A program made the translations under genes and the position numbers. The notes below the pieces were generated by a model. That model saw nothing but the letters and a program-made list of their open reading frames with translations. It did not search any database and was not told the origin of the DNA. A stretch of 64,000 bases of DNA from Escherichia coli (GTDB taxonomy: Bacteria > Pseudomonadota > Gammaproteobacteria > Enterobacterales > Enterobacteriaceae): assembly GCF_041886205.1 (NCBI RefSeq), contig NZ_CP169029.1. One strand, written 5' to 3'. Each line of letters opens with the position of its first letter. Position 1 is the stretch's first letter. Shown here one piece after another: positions 58,601-64,000 of the stretch.

Positions 58601-59638
58601 ATGAACGATGAAATGAAAGGTAAAAGCGGCAAGGTCAAAGTGATGTATGTCCGCAGTGATGATGATTCTGATAAACGTACCCACAACCCGCGTACCGGGA
58701 AAGGGGGCGGGCGTCCAGGAAAATCTCGTGCTGACGGTGGCCGTCGCCCCGCCCGCGATGACAAACAGAGTCAGCCCCGTGACCGCAAGTGGGAAGATTC
58801 GCCGTGGCGCACGGTTTCCCGCGCGCCGGGTGATGAGACGCCGGAAAAGGCCGATCACGGTGGCATCAGTGGTAAAAGTTTTATTGATCCGGAAGTTTTG
58901 CGTCGTCAGCGTGCGGAAGAAACCCGCGTCTACGGCGAAAATGCATGTCAGGCACTGTTCCAGAGCCGTCCGGAAGCGATTGTTCGCGCCTGGTTTATCC
59001 AGAGCGTAACGCCACGTTTTAAAGAAGCCTTGCGCTGGATGGCGGCAAACCGCAAAGCGTACCATGTGGTGGATGAAGCGGAATTGACAAAAGCGTCAGG
59101 CACGGAACATCACGGCGGCGTTTGCTTCCTGATCAAAAAGCGTAATGGCACAACCGTGCAGCAGTGGGTAAGCCAGGCAGGTGCGCAGGATTGCGTTCTG
59201 GCACTGGAAAACGAATCTAACCCGCATAACCTGGGTGGCATGATGCGCAGCTGCGCGCACTTCGGCGTGAAAGGCGTTGTGGTGCAGGATGCGGCACTGC
59301 TGGAGTCGGGTGCGGCTATCCGTACCGCAGAAGGCGGCGCAGAGCACGTTCAGCCGATTACTGGCGACAACATTGTTAACGTGCTGGATGATTTTCGTCA
59401 GGCGGGTTACACCGTAGTGACCACTTCCAGCGAGCAGGGGAAACCGCTGTTCAAAACCAGCCTGCCAGCGAAAATGGTACTGGTGCTGGGTCAGGAATAT
59501 GAAGGGTTACCGGATGCCGCACGCGATCCGAACGATCTGCGCGTGAAGATTGACGGTACGGGCAACGTTGCCGGGCTGAATATCTCTGTTGCAACAGGCG
59601 TTTTGCTTGGTGAATGGTGGCGTCAGAATAAAGCCTGA
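58601..59638 (+). CDS. yfiF: SpoU-family RNA 2'-O-methyltransferase YfiF
   Basis: Basic Arg/Lys-rich N-terminus then SPOUT methyltransferase domain; start chosen at [13 protein letters not shown] opens at 58526. Confidence 0.8.
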
Positions 59639-59685
59639 TAAATCAGCCGGGTGGCAACGCTGCCATCCGGCATTTTCCCGCAAAT

Positions 59686-60375
59686 TTACTCACTCTCTGC
59701 CGGTAATACTGGCATCCAGTCAATCGGCGTCTCGCCATGTTGTTCCAGCCACTGATTTGCCAGCACAAAATGGTTACAGCCAAAGAATCCACGATGCGCA
59801 GAAAGCGGTGACGGATGCGGTGCTTTCAGTACGTGATGGCGTTGCTTATCTATAATCGCCCCTTTCTTTTGCGCATGCGATCCCCACAACAAAAACACCA
59901 CGCCTTCGCGATGCTGGTTAATCAGGCTGATGACTTTATCGGTGAAGGTCTCCCAGCCGAGGCTGGCATGGGAATGCGCCTGACCTGCGCGTACCGTCAA
60001 CACAGTATTGAGTAGCAGAACGCCCTGACGCGCCCAGCTTTCAAGATAACCATGATTAGGGCGGGTGAAGCCCGGAATAGTATTTTCCAGCTCTTTATAC
60101 ATATTCAGCAGTGACGGAGGAGTGGCGATTCCGGGGCGAACGGAAAATGCCAGCCCATGCGCCTGTCCCGGTCCGTGATAAGGATCCTGGCCGAGAATCA
60201 CCACTTTAACGTCACCCAACTCGGTAAAGCGGAACGCGTTAAAGACATCTTTTTGTGGCGGATAGATAGTGACGCCGGACTGCCGCTCGCTGGCGACGGT
60301 CTGAAGGGTATTAAGAAAATAGGGTTGCTTCTTCTCTTCAGCCAGCACGTCATGCCAGGTTAATTCGTTAGCCAT
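59686..60375 (-). CDS. ung: Uracil-DNA glycosylase
   Basis: 229 aa, [20 protein letters not shown]; GQDPYH motif; HPSPLS motif. Confidence 0.95.
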   Translation of the reverse strand: MANELTWHDVLAEEKKQPYFLNTLQTVASERQSGVTIYPPQKDVFNAFRFTELGDVKVVILGQDPYHGPGQAHGLAFSVRPGIATPPSLLNMYKELENTIPGFTRPNHGYLESWARQGVLLLNTVLTVRAGQAHSHASLGWETFTDKVISLINQHREGVVFLLWGSHAQKKGAIIDKQRHHVLKAPHPSPLSAHRGFFGCNHFVLANQWLEQHGETPIDWMPVLPAESE

Positions 60376-60678
60376 CTCGCTCTCCTGCGAATCTTCAATC
60401 CGCCTAGCTTAACTGCTTCTTTCTACAGAACAAAATCATGCTCATTTTTAGACTTAAACGAGTGCAAAAAAATGTAAATTGGTAAAATTTCACACCTGCA
60501 TAAGTTGATGTAAAACAATAAAATCCATTTGCGACCATACTTGATGTGTGGTTTTTGTTGATTTAAATCAAAGATTCAAGGGTGTTTGAGGAGTATATAT
60601 ACACTCAAGCAACAATGGTTTTACCAATTGGCCGCGACAGGCTGAACAAATCAAATAATTTTGCCGGGGAGGCATCAC

Positions 60679-61062
60679 ATGATTACAGGTATCCAGATTA
60701 CTAAAGCCGCTAACGACGATCTGCTGAACTCTTTCTGGCTGCTGGACAGCGAAAAAGGCGAAGCACGTTGCATCGTTGCGAAAGCAGGTTTTGCAGAAGA
60801 TGAAGTGGTTGCAGTAAGCAAACTGGGTGACATTGAGTACCGTGAAGTTCCAGTAGAAGTGAAACCAGAAGTTCGCGTTGAAGGTGGTCAGCACCTGAAC
60901 GTTAACGTTCTGCGTCGTGAAACTCTGGAAGATGCAGTTAAGCATCCGGAAAAATATCCGCAGCTGACCATCCGTGTATCCGGATATGCAGTTCGCTTTA
61001 ACTCTCTGACTCCGGAACAGCAACGCGACGTTATTGCTCGTACCTTTACTGAAAGCCTGTAA
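60679..61062 (+). CDS. grcA: Autonomous glycyl radical cofactor GrcA (YfiD)
   Basis: [22 protein letters not shown] ... glycyl-radical C-terminal motif RVSGYAV. Confidence 0.95.
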
Positions 61063-61117
61063 GGCTTAAGTAGCAAGTTACTAAGCGGAAGAGGGCGACT
61101 TCTTCCGCTTTTTTTCG

Positions 61118-61705
61118 TTAATAGAAAATGCGTACCGCGCAATAGACCAGCAACAGTGCAAGCACGATATTCAACTGGCGACCATACTGGCGAAACAATC
61201 GCTGAAACAGATGCCCCGCCAGCGCCCAGCACACATTGCCAAACGTCCCAATCATCGCCAGCAAAACGCTGACGCCAACTACCCAGCTTAACGCCTGTGT
61301 TTGCGGCAGAACAAATGTCGACAGTGCCGTAACACCGTACAAAATGATTTTGACGTTCACAAACTGCAAAGCAAAGCTGGCCCAAAAACTGATTGGTTTT
61401 GTCTGAAGTCCATCTTCCTTTGTTGGACTGGTAGCGATTTTCCACGCCAGCCAGACAATATATGCCGCTCCTGCCCAACTCAACAGATGCACTGCTGCCG
61501 GGTCGATAACAGCCAGTGAAAACGAAATGCCCGCACACAGCAACATGACGATTAAAAATCCCAGACTCATCCCTGCCAGCACGCGGGTACTCTGACGAAA
61601 TCCGTGCGTTGTAGCTGAGCTAAGGGCGAGAATATTGTTCGGTCCTGGCGTCATGGCGGTAATCAGGGTGTAAGTCCAAAAAGCACTTAAAAGGGTCGGT
61701 GTCAC
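61118..61705 (-). CDS. eamB: Cysteine/O-acetylserine exporter (LysE family) EamB/YfiK
   Basis: 195 aa, six hydrophobic segments, LysE-type. Confidence 0.85.
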   Translation of the reverse strand: MTPTLLSAFWTYTLITAMTPGPNNILALSSATTHGFRQSTRVLAGMSLGFLIVMLLCAGISFSLAVIDPAAVHLLSWAGAAYIVWLAWKIATSPTKEDGLQTKPISFWASFALQFVNVKIILYGVTALSTFVLPQTQALSWVVGVSVLLAMIGTFGNVCWALAGHLFQRLFRQYGRQLNIVLALLLVYCAVRIFY

Positions 61706-61806
61706 TTGTTATCTCCTCTGTTTTGGTAGACAGTACCCGACACGGAACATTTAAAAAAATGAATGTTTTTACATTCTAAATTCGATATTTTCGATAGGTT
61801 TGGGTT

Positions 61807-62688
61807 ATGGATCTGCGCCGTTTTATTACGCTTAAAACCGTGGTGGAAGAGGGTTCCTTTTTGCGTGCTTCGCAAAAATTGTGCTGCACACAATCGACGG
61901 TGACTTTTCATATTCAGCAGCTTGAGCAGGAGTTCTCGGTACAGTTGTTTGAGAAAATTGGTCGACGGATGTGCCTTACCCGCGAGGGGAAAAAGCTGCT
62001 GCCGCACATCTATGAACTTACCAGAGTGATGGATACGCTTCGTGAGGCTGCCAAAAAAGAGTCGGATCCGGACGGGGAACTACGCGTTGTTTCGGGCGAA
62101 ACGCTGCTCTCTTACCGAATGCCGCAGGTGTTGCAGCGTTTTCGGCAACGCGCACCAAAAGTACGTTTATCGTTGCAGTCACTGAACTGTTACGTGATCC
62201 GTGATGCGCTACTGAATGATGAGGCCGATGTCGGAGTTTTTTATCGCGTAGGGAATGATGATGCTCTGAATCGACGAGAGTTGGGTGAACAATCACTGGT
62301 GCTGGTGGCTTCACCGCAAATTGCAGATGTCGATTTTACTGAGCCGGGAAGACATAACGCCTGTAGCTTTATTATCAATGAACCACAATGTGTCTTCCGG
62401 CAGATATTTGAGAGCACGCTGCGCCAGCGACGGATCACGGTGGAAAACACCATTGAGCTTATAAGTATCGAAAGCATCAAGCGTTGTGTCGCGGCAAATA
62501 TCGGGGTCAGTTACTTACCGCGTTTTGCGGTGGTAAAAGAGTTGGAGTGCGGAGAATTAATTGAATTGCCTTTTGGCGAACAGTCGCAGACCATTACGGC
62601 AATGTGCGCTCACCATGCCGGAAAAGCGGTTAGCCCGGCGATGCACACTTTTATTCAGTGTGTTGAAGAGAGTTTTGTGGCTGGATAA
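61807..62688 (+). CDS. yfiE: LysR-family transcriptional regulator YfiE
   Basis: N-terminal HTH (ITLKTVVEEGSFLRASQKLCCTQSTVTFHIQQLEQE) plus LysR substrate-binding domain; divergent from eamB. Confidence 0.8.
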   Translation: MDLRRFITLKTVVEEGSFLRASQKLCCTQSTVTFHIQQLEQEFSVQLFEKIGRRMCLTREGKKLLPHIYELTRVMDTLREAAKKESDPDGELRVVSGETLLSYRMPQVLQRFRQRAPKVRLSLQSLNCYVIRDALLNDEADVGVFYRVGNDDALNRRELGEQSLVLVASPQIADVDFTEPGRHNACSFIINEPQCVFRQIFESTLRQRRITVENTIELISIESIKRCVAANIGVSYLPRFAVVKELECGELIELPFGEQSQTITAMCAHHAGKAVSPAMHTFIQCVEESFVAG

Positions 62689-62746
62689 AAATAATGTCGG
62701 GATTAAACCCGGCATTTAACTTGTCGACAAAGTGCGCTTTATTCAT

Positions 62747-62844
62747 GCCGGATGCGGCGTGAACGCCTTATCCGGCCTACAAGATCGTGCAAATTCAATA
62801 TATTGCATGAGCCACGTAGGCCTGATAAGCGTAGCGCATCAGGC
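62747..62844. repeat. REP/BIME palindromic elements (two units)
   Basis: GCCGGATGCGGCGTGAACGCCTTATCCGGCCTAC and GTAGGCCTGATAAGCGTAGCGCATCAGGC are canonical REP units in opposite orientation. Confidence 0.6.
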
Positions 62845-62896
62845 AGTTTTGCGTTTGCCAGCACTTTTAATACCAGGCTTAAACCCGGCATTGAGA

Positions 62897-64000
62897 TTAC
62901 TCTTCTGTCGTTTGCGGTGGCACGCCCGTTCCGCTCGGTTTACGGCGCTTACCAATATTTTTGGTGTCGCGATGGCGTTTTTTCACCCGCGGCTTCTCTT
63001 TCTCTTTAGCTTTTTTCTTCTCGGCGCGTTTTGCCAGTACTTTCTTCGATGGCTTGCCGGTCTGCTTCTCGCTTGGCGCACGCGTTTTCGGGCGTAACTC
63101 ATCAATTACGCGAGCTTTAATTGGCTCTTCAATATAGCGACCAACTTTGCCCAGCAGCAGATGGTCATGGGCTTCTACCAGCGAAATTGCGGTGCCTTTA
63201 CGACCGGCGCGCGCGGTACGTCCGATACGGTGCAAATAAGTATCGCCACTGCGCGGCATATCGAAGTTAAAGACGTGGCTGACGTCAGGAATGTCGATAC
63301 CGCGCGCGGCAACATCGGTTGCAACCAGTACGTTTACGCGACCTTCGGTCAAACGCTTGATCGCTTCGTTACGCTTGCCTTGTACCATCTCACCTTCGAG
63401 ATAGCAGTTGTTGATGCCCGCTTCGCGCAGCCAGTTTGCCAGCTCATGCACACGTTCACGCTTACGCACAAACACAATTGAGCGGGTCGCTTCCGGCTGT
63501 TTTAACAGATGCACCAGCAACGCGGTTTTATGCTCAAGATCATCGGCGCGGTAATACCACTGATGAATTTTTTTGCGCTCACGGGTGGACGGATTGGCAG
63601 AAACTTCCACCGGGTCTTCCAGCAGACGCTCGGCAAAGTCCTGAATCGCATCGCCTTCCAGCGTTGCCGAAAAGAGCAGGGTCTGTTTACGCCAGCGCGT
63701 TTCGCCAGCAATATGTTCGATATCCTGAGCGAAGCCCATATCCAGCATACGGTCTGCTTCGTCGAGGATCAGCGTTTCAACCGCGCGGCAATCGAAGTTC
63801 TCTTCTTTTATGTATTGCAGCAGACGTCCGGTCGTGGCGACCACGATGTCCTGATTTTCGCTGAACACTTCCGCGTGGTTCATATAGGCTACGCCGCCGG
63901 TGATGGTGGCGATATCCAGATGCGTATGTTTCGCCAGTTCGCGGGCATGATCGGCTACCTGCATCGCCAGCTCGCGAGTTGGGGTGAGGATCAAAATACG
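62897..64000 (-). CDS. srmB: DEAD-box RNA helicase SrmB, C-terminal part (N-terminus beyond window end)
   Basis: DEAD box (ILDEADRML), SAT, HRIGRTARAG motifs; basic C-terminal tail; ORF runs off the window. Confidence 0.9.
   Translation of the reverse strand, partial: RILILTPTRELAMQVADHARELAKHTHLDIATITGGVAYMNHAEVFSENQDIVVATTGRLLQYIKEENFDCRAVETLILDEADRMLDMGFAQDIEHIAGETRWRKQTLLFSATLEGDAIQDFAERLLEDPVEVSANPSTRERKKIHQWYYRADDLEHKTALLVHLLKQPEATRSIVFVRKRERVHELANWLREAGINNCYLEGEMVQGKRNEAIKRLTEGRVNVLVATDVAARGIDIPDVSHVFNFDMPRSGDTYLHRIGRTARAGRKGTAISLVEAHDHLLLGKVGRYIEEPIKARVIDELRPKTRAPSEKQTGKPSKKVLAKRAEKKKAKEKEKPRVKKRHRDTKNIGKRRKPSGTGVPPQTTEE

Overview
This window reads as Escherichia coli chromosome, the ssrA to srmB neighbourhood in reverse orientation relative to K-12 coordinates, judged from the rRNA sequences and the gene order. 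About 43 kb (21.3 to 64.0 kb) is conserved core: ssrA (tmRNA), smpB, ratA-ratB, bamE, recN, nadK, grpE, yfjD, ypjD, ffh, rpsP-rimM-trmD-rplS, yfiB-dgcN-yfiR, yfiL, aroF-tyrA, pheA with its pheL leader, raiA, bamD, rluD, yfiH, clpB, a complete rRNA operon (16S, tRNA-Glu, 23S, 5S; rrnG position), kgtP, yfiM, pssA, pat (yfiQ), yfiP, trxC, yfiF, ung, grcA, eamB, yfiE and the 3' part of srmB. The first 21.3 kb is accessory. (i) At 1 to 1976 a P4-family tyrosine integrase abuts a 3' half of a CAU-anticodon tRNA-Ile gene, which looks like the edge of an integrative element whose body lies off-window. (ii) At 2.7 to 9.6 kb sit an AT-rich ypjC-like gene, a pinH-like invertase pseudogene and a ypjA-like repeat-rich autotransporter. 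(iii) At about 9.76 to 21.33 kb a P4-like satellite prophage sits at the ssrA 3' end where K-12 has CP4-57; it has alpha primase-helicase, TGTTCAC iterons at two sites, a vis-like gene, sid-delta-psu, a cos-like site and int. The main lead is the satellite's variable slot between cos/psu and int (17.1 to 19.8 kb): two convergent, AT-rich genes of unknown function, one 523 aa with TPR-like repeats and a C-terminal Rx4H (HEPN-like) motif, the other 328 aa with a PD-(D/E)xK-like motif. Both are candidate anti-phage defence proteins that I could not assign to a known family from sequence alone. All calls rest on reading the sequence and on recalled protein and RNA sequences; no database search was run.
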